64,000 nucleotides of DNA. Origin: an uncultured Eubacteriales bacterium. Its GTDB lineage: Bacteria; Bacillota; Clostridia; Oscillospirales; CAG-272. Positions within the stretch are counted from its first letter, which is position 1; the number at the start of each line of letters is the position of its first letter. The DNA is taken from assembly GCA_934525675.1 (NCBI GenBank), contig CAKSZH010000008.1, forward strand, positions 21,914 through 85,913, given 5' to 3'. The translations under genes and the position numbers were made by a program. The notes below the pieces were generated by a model. The model was not told the DNA's origin and made no database searches. It saw only the letters and a program-made list of their open reading frames with translations. Below are positions 55,491 through 63,577 of the stretch, piece by piece.

Positions 55491-56323
55491 TTGTCGCAGT
55501 TCCTCATTTTGTGCCGGAAGAGCAGTGCCGCCGCAATCGCCGCCAGAACAAGATACGCGCAGACGGTCAGAAGATCCGGCACGAGGCGGTCTCCTGTCTG
55601 AAGATTTCCCGTGATAGTCTGCCTTCCGAGATTGACAGCCGGATAAAAGGGGAAAAAACGGCAGACGGCTTCAAAATCCCCCATGGTTTCAAGCGGCATC
55701 CACGCACCGCTCATCAGCCCGCCGACCGAAAGGATTGCGGACGACACGCCGGGCGCCGCGTTTTCGTTCAGCGCACTGCCGATGAATATTCCCGCCGCAA
55801 CACAGAAGAGAATCATCGGCAGATAGGCAAGGAAAGACAAAAGAACCTTTCCGTAGGTGACGGTCATTTCCTTCGTCAACACCCTCCCGAATTCGTCGAG
55901 CGCATACCCGTACACACCCGTAATGCCGGCGACGGTCAGCCGGCTGCCCGAGGTGAGGAGCAGGATCAGCGCGGTCAGATAACAGAGAACGACCTGTGCA
56001 AGTCCGACGACGGTTCCGGGAATCGCATAGCCGAGCAGATAATCCGATACGGTCATGCGGGTCGTGTAAAGCCGCGTGAGAAACGCGGTTGACCGGTCGC
56101 GGGACACGAGCAGTGCCATAAAGAGAATAACAAACAGGAAGGAAAACACGCAGATTCCCGGCGCCAGCCGGTACATCTCAAACCAGTAGGTCTGCCCGGT
56201 GAACCCTGCAATCATCTGAAACAAAAGCAGCATCAGAACGGGGAATCCCACACAGAAGATGTAACTGAGCGGCGAGCGCAAAATTTCCATGAGATTTCTT
56301 TTTGCAAAAATCAATGCACGCAC
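55487..56323 (-). CDS. ABC-2 type exporter permease
   Basis: 278 aa, 6 TM. The opening MRALIFAKRNLMEILRSPLSYIF is typical of the ABC-2 family. Confidence 0.85.
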   Translation of the reverse strand: MRALIFAKRNLMEILRSPLSYIFCVGFPVLMLLLFQMIAGFTGQTYWFEMYRLAPGICVFSFLFVILFMALLVSRDRSTAFLTRLYTTRMTVSDYLLGYAIPGTVVGLAQVVLCYLTALILLLTSGSRLTVAGITGVYGYALDEFGRVLTKEMTVTYGKVLLSFLAYLPMILFCVAAGIFIGSALNENAAPGVSSAILSVGGLMSGAWMPLETMGDFEAVCRFFPFYPAVNLGRQTITGNLQTGDRLVPDLLTVCAYLVLAAIAAALLFRHKMRNCDK

Positions 56324-56324
56324 G

Positions 56325-57065
56325 TCAGTGCACCTCCCCTCTCACATATGCGACAAACGCGTCTTCAAAACGGTCCTTGCCGGCACGCACCCTGAGCTCT
56401 TCCGCCGTGCCGAGCGCGGTGAGCTTTCCGTCTGCGAGGATCCCGATCCGGTCGGACAGCTCCTCCGCTTCTTCCATGTAATGCGTCGTCAGGATGACGG
56501 TGACGCGCCCGTGCAGGGAAGAAATGACGTCCCACAGCTCGCGCCGGGCAAGCACGTCAAGTCCGAGCGTCGGCTCGTCGAGAAACAGCACCCCGGGGTC
56601 GGAGATGAGCGCCATGGCGATGGACAGGCGGCGCATAAGTCCTCCGGACAACGTTTTCGCCGTGTTTTTGAGGTGCCCCGTCAGCCCGAACCGCTCCGCC
56701 AGTTCCATGGCGTGCGCCTTTGCCGTTTTTTTGTCCTCCCCCGCGATCCGCGCCATGAACACGAGATTTTCGAATACCGTCAGCTTTTCCGCGACCGCAG
56801 TTTCCTGCATGGAGATGCCGATGATCTTTTTGACCGCTTCGCCCTCCGTGCGGATACTGTGTCCCTCAATCCATGCATCTCCCGCCGTGGGGGCGATCAG
56901 ACCGGACAGCATCCGTACCGTGGTCGTTTTGCCTGCGCCGTTGACGCCGAGCAGGGAAAAGAGTTCCCCGCGATGCACACTCAGGTCCAGCCCTCTGACC
57001 GCTTCGCGTCCGCCGTAGCGCTTGCAAAGTCCCTTGATGACGATCGCGTCAGTCAATGCTTCCAT
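56325..57065 (-). CDS. ABC transporter ATP-binding protein
   Basis: Walker A GVNGAGKTT, signature LSGGLMRRLS, Walker B VLFLDEPT. Confidence 0.92.
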   Translation of the reverse strand: MEALTDAIVIKGLCKRYGGREAVRGLDLSVHRGELFSLLGVNGAGKTTTVRMLSGLIAPTAGDAWIEGHSIRTEGEAVKKIIGISMQETAVAEKLTVFENLVFMARIAGEDKKTAKAHAMELAERFGLTGHLKNTAKTLSGGLMRRLSIAMALISDPGVLFLDEPTLGLDVLARRELWDVISSLHGRVTVILTTHYMEEAEELSDRIGILADGKLTALGTAEELRVRAGKDRFEDAFVAYVRGEVH

Positions 57066-57363
57066 CCGTGTCGCCTCCGCTTATTCTGTCGCTTTGGGTG
57101 TCTTCACTGTTCTCGCCTGTTTTGCCGCCGTTTTCCGGCTCCTCCGTCCCCCTGCTCTGGAAGATACGTTCCGCAAACGGCTGGAACACCTCTGTCTTGC
57201 AGAGCGCCAGCCCCTGGTTGATGTCCCCGAAGAGCAGCATGGAGTCGCCCGGCTTCAGCCCGAACACCTCTCTTGCTTCCTTGGGAATCACGATCTGCCC
57301 CTTGTCGCTTAATCTGACAACGCCGAAAATATATTTTCCGGCTTGCTTCGGATCTGTAATCAT
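57049..57363 (-). CDS. AbrB/MazE/SpoVT-domain DNA-binding protein with acidic tail
   Basis: 104 aa from ATG 57363 (RBS GGAAAGGTGGG). VVRLSDKGQIVIPKEAREVFGLKPGDSMLL is a SpoVT-AbrB swapped-hairpin motif. Overlaps the ATPase gene start by 17 nt. Confidence 0.8.
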   Translation of the reverse strand: MITDPKQAGKYIFGVVRLSDKGQIVIPKEAREVFGLKPGDSMLLFGDINQGLALCKTEVFQPFAERIFQSRGTEEPENGGKTGENSEDTQSDRISGGDTDGSID

Positions 57364-57485
57364 GGTTATCCCACCTTTCCAACTTTTCCAACTTATCAAA
57401 ATAATTATACGCCGACGTGTCGCGCTTGTCAAGAAATTTTGTGAGATTTTTCAAAAATCAAATGGAATTTTGTGGGATATGCACA

Positions 57486-57514
57486 TTGACGGGTGGAAGG
57501 GAATATGCTATAAT
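57486..57514 (+). promoter_or_regulatory. candidate sigma-A promoter of the T-box leader
   Basis: TTGACG (57486-57491), 17-nt spacer, TATAAT (57509-57514). Confidence 0.6.
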
Positions 57515-57520
57515 ACAAAA

Positions 57521-57796
57521 AACCGATGAGGAAGAGTAAGTAGAGACTGACGGAACGTCACAGAGAGCCGCGGGTGGTGGGATCGCGGTACGGGAAACGG
57601 TTTTGAATGGGCTTCCGAGGGCGAACCGAACCGGAAACGGTAGGCAAGACGGAGTGGACGCTTCGTTAAAAAAGGTCTGTGTATCAGAGTGGTACATGAA
57701 AAGGCGGACGCGTAAGCGTCAAGCAGGGTGGCACCGCAGGAGATCTGAATGTTCAGCTCTTGTCCCGGCAAACAGCACGGGACGGGGGCTTTTTTC
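57521..57796 (+). promoter_or_regulatory. T-box riboswitch leader, predicted tRNA-Trp specific (UGG specifier)
   Basis: K-turn/GA motif GATGAGGAAGAGTA (57525-57538). AGAGAG (57562-57567) and GGTGGTGGGA distal-loop motifs. Specifier context GAG-TGG-A-CGCTTCG, with TGG at 57655-57657. T-box sequence AGGGTGGCACCGCA (57725-57738). Terminator hairpin 57755-57790 plus TTTTTT. Confidence 0.8.
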
Positions 57797-57850
57797 GTTC
57801 TTTCCCTCTCCCGCTGACAAGATTACGAAGAACCGGAAAGGAGTAACATC

Positions 57851-59221
57851 ATGGAAAAACAGCAGATCCCCTACAAGATTTACCTCACGGAAGAAGAGAT
57901 GCCGCGCAGATGGTACAACCTGCGGGCAGACATGAAGAAAAAGCCCGCGCCGCTCCTGAACCCCGCAACCGGCAAGCCGGTTACCTTTGACGACCTCCGT
58001 CCCGTATTCTGCGACGACCTCATCCGCCAGGAGCTGGACGACACCACGCCGTATATCGACATTCCGGACGAAATCTGCGACTTCTACAAGATGTATCGCC
58101 CGTCCCCCCTGGTGCGCGCGTACTGCCTAGAAAAGAAGCTGGACACCCCAGCGAAGATTTATTACAAATTTGAAGGCAACAACACGAGCGGCAGCCATAA
58201 GCTCAATTCCGCCATCGCACAGGCATACTACGCCAAGCGGCAGGGGCTTACCGGTGTGACGACCGAAACGGGCGCAGGGCAGTGGGGCACGGCGCTCTCC
58301 ATGGCGTGTGCATACCTGGGACTTGACTGCAAGGTATTCATGGTCAAGTGTTCCTATGAGCAGAAGCCGTTCCGCCGCGAGGTCATGCGGACCTACGGTG
58401 CGGACGTGACTCCCTCCCCCTCCATGACGACCGAAATCGGCAAGAAGATCCTCTCGCAGTTCCCCGGAACGACCGGCTCGCTCGGTTGTGCGATCTCCGA
58501 GGCGGTGGAATCCGCTCTCACCCATGAGGGATACCGCTATGTGCTCGGCAGTGTGCTCAATCAGGTGCTTCTGCACCAGTCTGTGATCGGACTGGAAACC
58601 AAGACCGCGCTTGACAAATACGGAGTCAAGCCGGATATCATCATCGGCTGTGCGGGCGGCGGCTCCAACCTCGGCGGACTGATCTCTCCGTTTGTCGGCG
58701 AACAGCTTCGCGGAAAAGCAAAGTACCGCTTTATCGCGGTGGAGCCCGCGTCCTGCCCCAGCCTGACCCGCGGCAGATTCGCCTATGACTTCTGTGATAC
58801 GGGACACGTTTGCCCGCTTGCCAAGATGTATACGCTCGGTTCTGAATACATCCCGTCGGCGAACCACGCAGGCGGACTCCGGTACCACGGCATGAATACG
58901 GTGCTTTCCCAGCTTCATGAAGAAGGCATCCTCGAAGCGCGCGCGGTCGAGCAGACCTCGGTGTTTGAGGCAGCGGAGCTGTTCGCACGGGTCGAAGGGA
59001 TCCTTCCTGCGCCCGAATCCAGCCACGCAATCCGCGGAGCGATTGACGAGGCGATGAAGTGTAAGGAGACGGGGGAGGAGAAGACCATTGTCTTCGGGCT
59101 GACCGGCACCGGTTACTTTGACATGGTTGCCTACGAGAAGTTCAACAACGGCACGATGACGGATTATATCCCCTCGGATGAAGAGCTTGCCGCGAGTTTC
59201 GCAAAACTGCCGCAGGTATAA
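57851..59221 (+). CDS. trpB2: TrpB2-type tryptophan synthase beta-like PLP enzyme (stand-alone)
   Basis: 456 aa. IPYKIYLTEEEMPRRWYNL and FEGNNTSGSHKLNSA (PLP lysine) match the long TrpB2 class. No trpA or other trp genes are adjacent. RBS AAAGGAG upstream. Confidence 0.88.
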   Translation: MEKQQIPYKIYLTEEEMPRRWYNLRADMKKKPAPLLNPATGKPVTFDDLRPVFCDDLIRQELDDTTPYIDIPDEICDFYKMYRPSPLVRAYCLEKKLDTPAKIYYKFEGNNTSGSHKLNSAIAQAYYAKRQGLTGVTTETGAGQWGTALSMACAYLGLDCKVFMVKCSYEQKPFRREVMRTYGADVTPSPSMTTEIGKKILSQFPGTTGSLGCAISEAVESALTHEGYRYVLGSVLNQVLLHQSVIGLETKTALDKYGVKPDIIIGCAGGGSNLGGLISPFVGEQLRGKAKYRFIAVEPASCPSLTRGRFAYDFCDTGHVCPLAKMYTLGSEYIPSANHAGGLRYHGMNTVLSQLHEEGILEARAVEQTSVFEAAELFARVEGILPAPESSHAIRGAIDEAMKCKETGEEKTIVFGLTGTGYFDMVAYEKFNNGTMTDYIPSDEELAASFAKLPQV

Positions 59222-59230
59222 AACAATACA

Positions 59231-59262
59231 GCCGCCGCGCCATCCGGCGCGGCGGCTTTTTG
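59231..59262 (+). terminator. Rho-independent terminator after trpB2
   Basis: 11-bp stem GCCGCCGCGCC/GGCGCGGCGGC, loop ATCC, then TTTTTG. Confidence 0.8.
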
Positions 59263-59486
59263 TATCCGGCAGGAAATTTTCGTAAAAGGGTGAAAGAGGT
59301 GGTTCGCCGGAGGCGGCTTTTTCGCTTTTGCAGAAATGACACGGCGCGAGAGAAACGCGTGCCACTGCGCGGCGGCTTTTTCGCGTTTGCCGCGGGGTTC
59401 CCACATGGGGATGACAGAAGAGCGTACCCGGTGCGGCGAAACGACCCGTATATTCGCACGTTTTTTCAAAAATTTCAGAAAACCTA

Positions 59487-59547
59487 TTGACAAGTAAAGC
59501 AGTCCGTGCTATACTGCAAACAGTTGAACAACAATTCAAATGTTCAA
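59487..59547 (+). promoter_or_regulatory. candidate promoter plus ArsR/SmtB-type operator
   Basis: TTGACA (59487-59492), 17-nt spacer, TATACT (59510-59515). Just downstream is the inverted repeat TTGAACA-N10-TGTTCAA (59524-59547), overlapping the predicted transcription start region. Confidence 0.55.
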
Positions 59548-59566
59548 TTGAAATGGAGGGAGATAA

Positions 59567-59965
59567 ATGCACGATTCCGAATGCACGACGGAAAAGACCG
59601 GAAACACCGGTTCCGTTTCCGAAAAGAATCCCGAATTCATGCACGCGCACGAAGCGACGGTCGAGCAGGTACGGAACATCATGCCGGAGGAGGAAACGCT
59701 CTTCCGTCTGTCGGAGCTGTTCCGCGTCTTCGGTGACAGCACACGGATCCGGATTCTGTACGTCCTCTTTGCCTCCGAAATGTGCGTCTGTGACATTGCG
59801 GGACTGCTTGGCATGACCGTTTCGGCAATCTCCCATCAGCTCCGCGTGCTCAAGGCGGCGGATCTGGTACGCTCCAGACGGGATGGTAAGACCGTGTTCT
59901 ACGCGCTTGCGGACGATCACGTCAGAACCATCATCGGGCAGGGCATGGATCACGTCAACGAGTGA
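59567..59965 (+). CDS. ArsR/SmtB-family metal-sensing repressor (CadC-like, CVC motif)
   Basis: 132 aa. FRVFGDSTRIRILYVLFASEMCVCDIAGLLGMTVSAISHQLRVLKAADLV is a winged HTH with the alpha3 CxC metal site. RBS GGAGGGAG upstream. Confidence 0.88.
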   Translation: MHDSECTTEKTGNTGSVSEKNPEFMHAHEATVEQVRNIMPEEETLFRLSELFRVFGDSTRIRILYVLFASEMCVCDIAGLLGMTVSAISHQLRVLKAADLVRSRRDGKTVFYALADDHVRTIIGQGMDHVNE

Positions 59966-60032
59966 CGGCGCGCTCCCAATCTGATTTCAAACCGACGGAC
60001 CGCACGACCGGCGCCGGAGAAAGGATGTTCCC

Positions 60033-60254
60033 ATGAGAAAAACGTTTGAACTGGAAGACCTGGATTGCGCGGTATGCGCCGGAAAGATGGAGGAAGCCAT
60101 CAAAAAAATCGACGGTGTTACCGACGCGTCGGTTGTGTACATGACGCAGAAAATGACGGTGGAAGCACCCGATGCGGACTTCGACAAAATCATGAAGCAG
60201 GTCGTCAAGGTCTGCCGCAAGGTGGAACCGGACTGCACCATCAAGGGAGTGTGA
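60033..60254 (+). CDS. heavy-metal-associated (HMA) domain protein
   Basis: 73 aa. The ferredoxin-like HMA pattern with LDCAVCAGKMEEAIKKIDGV (CxxC). Ends at TGA 60252-60254, in frame with the ATPase ORF that starts 9 nt later. Confidence 0.8.
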   Translation: MRKTFELEDLDCAVCAGKMEEAIKKIDGVTDASVVYMTQKMTVEAPDADFDKIMKQVVKVCRKVEPDCTIKGV

Positions 60255-60263
60255 GCTTCGGTT

Positions 60264-62153
60264 ATGACCAAAAAACAGAAAAAAGCGCTCGCCCGTATCC
60301 TGATAGCGACAGTGTTGCTCGGCGTCGCGGTGCTTCTCGACAAGCTCGGCGTGTTCGCGGGGCTTGCGTGGTACATTGTCATGCCGATCTACCTCGTGCC
60401 GTACTTTATCGTCGGCTGGCAGGTGCTCCGCAAGGCGGGGATCAACATTGCGCACGGGCAGATCTTTGATGAAAATTTTCTCATGGCGATTGCAACCGTC
60501 GGCGCGCTCTGCATCGGTTTTCTGCCCGACGCGGAACCGGAATACGCCGAGGCGGTATTCGTCATGCTCTTCTATCAGGTCGGCGAGCTGTTTGAGAGCA
60601 TTGCCGTCGGCAAGAGCCGCAAGTCCATTTCGTCGCTCATGGATATCCGTCCCGACAGTGCAAACGTGGAGCGGAACGGCGAGGTCCTGACGGTCGCGCC
60701 GGATGAGGTGGCGGTCGGCGAGATCATTCTGGTCAAGCCGGGCGAAAAAATTCCCCTCGACGGTACCGTGATCGAAGGGCAGTCGTCCCTCAACACGGTT
60801 GCCCTGACGGGTGAATCGGTTCCGCGTGACGTGACGGTGGGCGACGATGTTATCAGCGGCTGCATCAATCAGTCGGGCCTTATCCGGATCCGGGTGACCA
60901 AGCCGTTCGGCGAATCGACGGTTTCAAAGATTCTTGCACTCGTGGAGAGCGCGGGCGAGAACAAGTCCCGCTCCGAAAATTTCATTACGCGGTTCGCGCG
61001 TTGGTACACTCCCGCCGTAGTCATCGGCGCCGTGGTGCTTGCGGTGGTTCCGCCGCTGGTCTCCGGTTCCTTTGATTTCGGGAAATGGGTGTTCCGCGCA
61101 CTGGAATTCTTAGTAATCTCCTGTCCCTGCGCACTGGTCATCTCGGTGCCCTTGTCCTTCTTCGGAGGTATCGGCGGCGCGTCGCGCAAGGGAATTCTCG
61201 TAAAAGGCTCCAATTTCATGGAAGCGCTTGCCGACTGTCATACGGTGGTCTTTGACAAGACGGGAACCCTGACCAAGGGTAACTTCCGCGTGACCGGGGT
61301 CAAGCCTGCGGACGGCGTGGAAGCAAACCGGATTCTGGAGCTTGCCGCACACGCGGAATACGCATCGGATCACCCCGTGGCAAGATCCTTGACCGAGGCA
61401 TACGGCAAAGAGCCTGACCGTTCCCGGGTATCCTCCGTGGAGGAGCTGTCCGGCAGAGGAGTCCGCGCCGTTGTGGACGGACTTGTCGTACTTGCCGGCA
61501 ACGGAAAGCTGCTTGATGAAGCGGGGATCGCACACCCCGATGCCGACGCGATCGGCACGGTCGTGTACCTTGCCGAAGACGGCAACTATCTTGGAGAGAT
61601 CGTTATTTCCGACGAGCCGAAGGAGGACGCCAAAGAGGCGATCTGCGACCTGAAGCAGTCCGGTGTCGGGAAAACCGTCATGCTGACGGGCGACCGCCGC
61701 GCGGTTGCCGACGCGGTTGCAGGGCAGCTCGGAATTGATGAGGTGCGCTCGGAGCTTCTGCCTGCCGGGAAGGTGGCTGAGGTGGAACGTCTGCTTTCGG
61801 AAAAGCCTGCGAAATCCACGCTTGCCTTTGTCGGCGACGGCATCAACGACGCCCCCGTCCTGACCCGCGCGGATGTCGGCGTGGCAATGGGTGCATTCGG
61901 TTCGGACGCGGCGATTGAAGCAGCAGACGTGGTGCTGATGGACGACAAGCCGTCCAAGCTTGCCGAGGCGATCCGGATTGCGCGCAAGACGCTCCGGATT
62001 GTCAGAGAGAACATCGTGTTTTCGCTGGCGGTCAAATTCGTTGTGCTGATTCTGTGTGCCGTGGTGGGGATCCCCATGACGCTTGCGATCTTTGCGGACG
62101 TCGGCGTGCTGGTGCTCGCCATCCTCAACGCGATGCGGGCGCTCCGTATCTGA
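60264..62153 (+). CDS. cadA: P1B-type heavy-metal (Cd/Zn/Pb-type) translocating ATPase lacking its own N-terminal HMA domain
   Basis: SCPCALVIS (TM6 CPC), DKTGTLT, GDGINDAP, and a conserved Asp in the last TM (FADVGVLVLAILNAMRAL), as in ZntA/CadA-type pumps. Confidence 0.9.
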   Translation: MTKKQKKALARILIATVLLGVAVLLDKLGVFAGLAWYIVMPIYLVPYFIVGWQVLRKAGINIAHGQIFDENFLMAIATVGALCIGFLPDAEPEYAEAVFVMLFYQVGELFESIAVGKSRKSISSLMDIRPDSANVERNGEVLTVAPDEVAVGEIILVKPGEKIPLDGTVIEGQSSLNTVALTGESVPRDVTVGDDVISGCINQSGLIRIRVTKPFGESTVSKILALVESAGENKSRSENFITRFARWYTPAVVIGAVVLAVVPPLVSGSFDFGKWVFRALEFLVISCPCALVISVPLSFFGGIGGASRKGILVKGSNFMEALADCHTVVFDKTGTLTKGNFRVTGVKPADGVEANRILELAAHAEYASDHPVARSLTEAYGKEPDRSRVSSVEELSGRGVRAVVDGLVVLAGNGKLLDEAGIAHPDADAIGTVVYLAEDGNYLGEIVISDEPKEDAKEAICDLKQSGVGKTVMLTGDRRAVADAVAGQLGIDEVRSELLPAGKVAEVERLLSEKPAKSTLAFVGDGINDAPVLTRADVGVAMGAFGSDAAIEAADVVLMDDKPSKLAEAIRIARKTLRIVRENIVFSLAVKFVVLILCAVVGIPMTLAIFADVGVLVLAILNAMRALRI

Positions 62154-62170
62154 CCGGATTTCTTCGCGGT

Positions 62171-62210
62171 AAAAAACAAAGCCGACGCGGAACGCGTCGG
62201 CTTTTTTATT
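62171..62210. terminator. bidirectional Rho-independent terminator between the ATPase and DMT genes
   Basis: AAAAAACAAA-GCCGACGCG-GAA-CGCGTCGGC-TTTTTT. Confidence 0.8.
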
Positions 62211-62317
62211 GTGCCCGGTCGGACACAGGAACCTGCCAGGTACAGAGAAACGGGTTCGGAGAAACTGCCGGAGCATTCCCCGGCGGGAACCCGGAACGAA
62301 CGGCGGATCCGTCCGAG

Positions 62318-63271
62318 TCAGGAGTTCTGTCTGTCCGGTGGGATTTCGGGCTTTGCTTCTTCCTTTCTTCCGAACATCTGTGCGCCGATGACGCCCGCGA
62401 CGATGAGGACGATACAAAGCGCGGTCAGCCAGGTGAAGTTTGCGCGTTCGGTGGGGAAGATGATGACGCTGAACACGGCGGTCGTGACGGTGGAGATTCC
62501 CGAAAACAGCATTGCCTGCGACACGGGGAGGTAGGTCATGGAGTAGTTGTAGGCGACATATTCCACAGCGGAGGACAGGATACCGAGCGCCAGGACGCAA
62601 AGCACGAACCTGGGGTTTGCGAGCGGGCGGACGAGTGCGGAGAGGTCGCCGATATTTTCAATGACGGCGAGAAGATCGACGAGCACCATGCCCGAGAAGA
62701 AACAGCCGAAGGTGCGTTCAAACGCGCCGAATTCCTTGGCGCTTCCGCGGCTGATAAGCCCGTAGCCGACGCCTGACGCGACGGTGAGAAGCAGAAACAG
62801 GACACCCTCAAGTGACACCGAGCCGTCGTTCTTTCCCTGAAGCGAGAGAATGACGACGCCGGCGACCGAGAGCACGCTGAACACGATCTGCAAAGCGGTC
62901 GGGATCTCACGCAGGAAGATGGCGCCGAAGGCGAGCGCGAAGACCGGCATGAGTGCGACCATGACGGCGGTGAAGGTGGTGCTTGTGTTGCATTTGAGCG
63001 CGTAGTTGGTACCGATGTAATAAAGGAGCGGGTCGCACACGCCCATAAAGAGGAGCGGGAGCAGCTTTTTGCCTCTGCCGCGAAGGTTACATTTCACGAT
63101 GGGGAGGGGAATACAGACCGCCATGGCGAGTACGCAGATGGTACACTGGTAGGCAAGCAGGACGATGGGGGAAACCTCGTCGATGATGAGGTTTGAAAAA
63201 ATAAAGTTGAAGCCGAGGATCGCATTCGCGCCGACCCCGGCGACGATCGCGGTCAGTTTGCGGTGTTTCAT
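62318..63271 (-). CDS. DMT-superfamily (EamA-like) transporter
   Basis: 317 aa from ATG 63271. 10 TM helices in two similar halves. MKHRKLTAIVAGVGANAILGFNFIFS is a typical EamA opening. Confidence 0.8.
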   Translation of the reverse strand: MKHRKLTAIVAGVGANAILGFNFIFSNLIIDEVSPIVLLAYQCTICVLAMAVCIPLPIVKCNLRGRGKKLLPLLFMGVCDPLLYYIGTNYALKCNTSTTFTAVMVALMPVFALAFGAIFLREIPTALQIVFSVLSVAGVVILSLQGKNDGSVSLEGVLFLLLTVASGVGYGLISRGSAKEFGAFERTFGCFFSGMVLVDLLAVIENIGDLSALVRPLANPRFVLCVLALGILSSAVEYVAYNYSMTYLPVSQAMLFSGISTVTTAVFSVIIFPTERANFTWLTALCIVLIVAGVIGAQMFGRKEEAKPEIPPDRQNS

Positions 63272-63577
63272 AGAGTACCTTCTTTCAAAAGTATGGAAGA
63301 CGAGGGGGACAAACACTTTATTTTAGCACATCCGGGAAAGAAAAGCAAGGGATACGGGAAAGAAACGCTCCGCCTGCCGGCGGGGCACCCGCGAAGCGGG
63401 GATCCGGCGGCGGAGCGAGGGGAGGGGATGAACTTGAAAATCCGGGGGTAGTCGGTTCCGGGGAGAAAACCGGGAGGGCGGGGAAAAGAAACCGGGGGGA
63501 ACAAGCCCGTTTCAACGGAAGTATCCTGCACGCATGAAACACGCGGATGCGGGCAAAACTGAATCCGAGGTGATACA

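Noticed and set aside
57604-57611. Alternative T-box specifier candidate GAA-TGG-G inside Stem I
   Set aside because: It has the GAA-codon-purine look but lies in the middle of the long Stem I. The TGG at 57655-57657 is the one directly followed by A and by the CGCTTCG strand that pairs with the K-turn base. Both candidates are UGG, so the Trp assignment does not depend on the choice.
59231-59400. Three copies of G(C/A)GGCGGCTTTTT downstream of trpB2
   Set aside because: The first copy is the 3' arm and T-tract of the trpB2 terminator. The other two look like degenerate terminator-like remnants without convincing full hairpins, so the evidence for a distinct element is insufficient.
60252-60254. 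TGA between the HMA domain and the ATPase as a selenocysteine or recoded codon
   Set aside because: There is no obvious SECIS-like hairpin immediately downstream, because the ATPase coding sequence starts 9 nt later. Many genes in the window terminate normally with TGA, and Sec in a linker has no functional rationale. It is kept only as a nonsense-split or read-through question in the findings.
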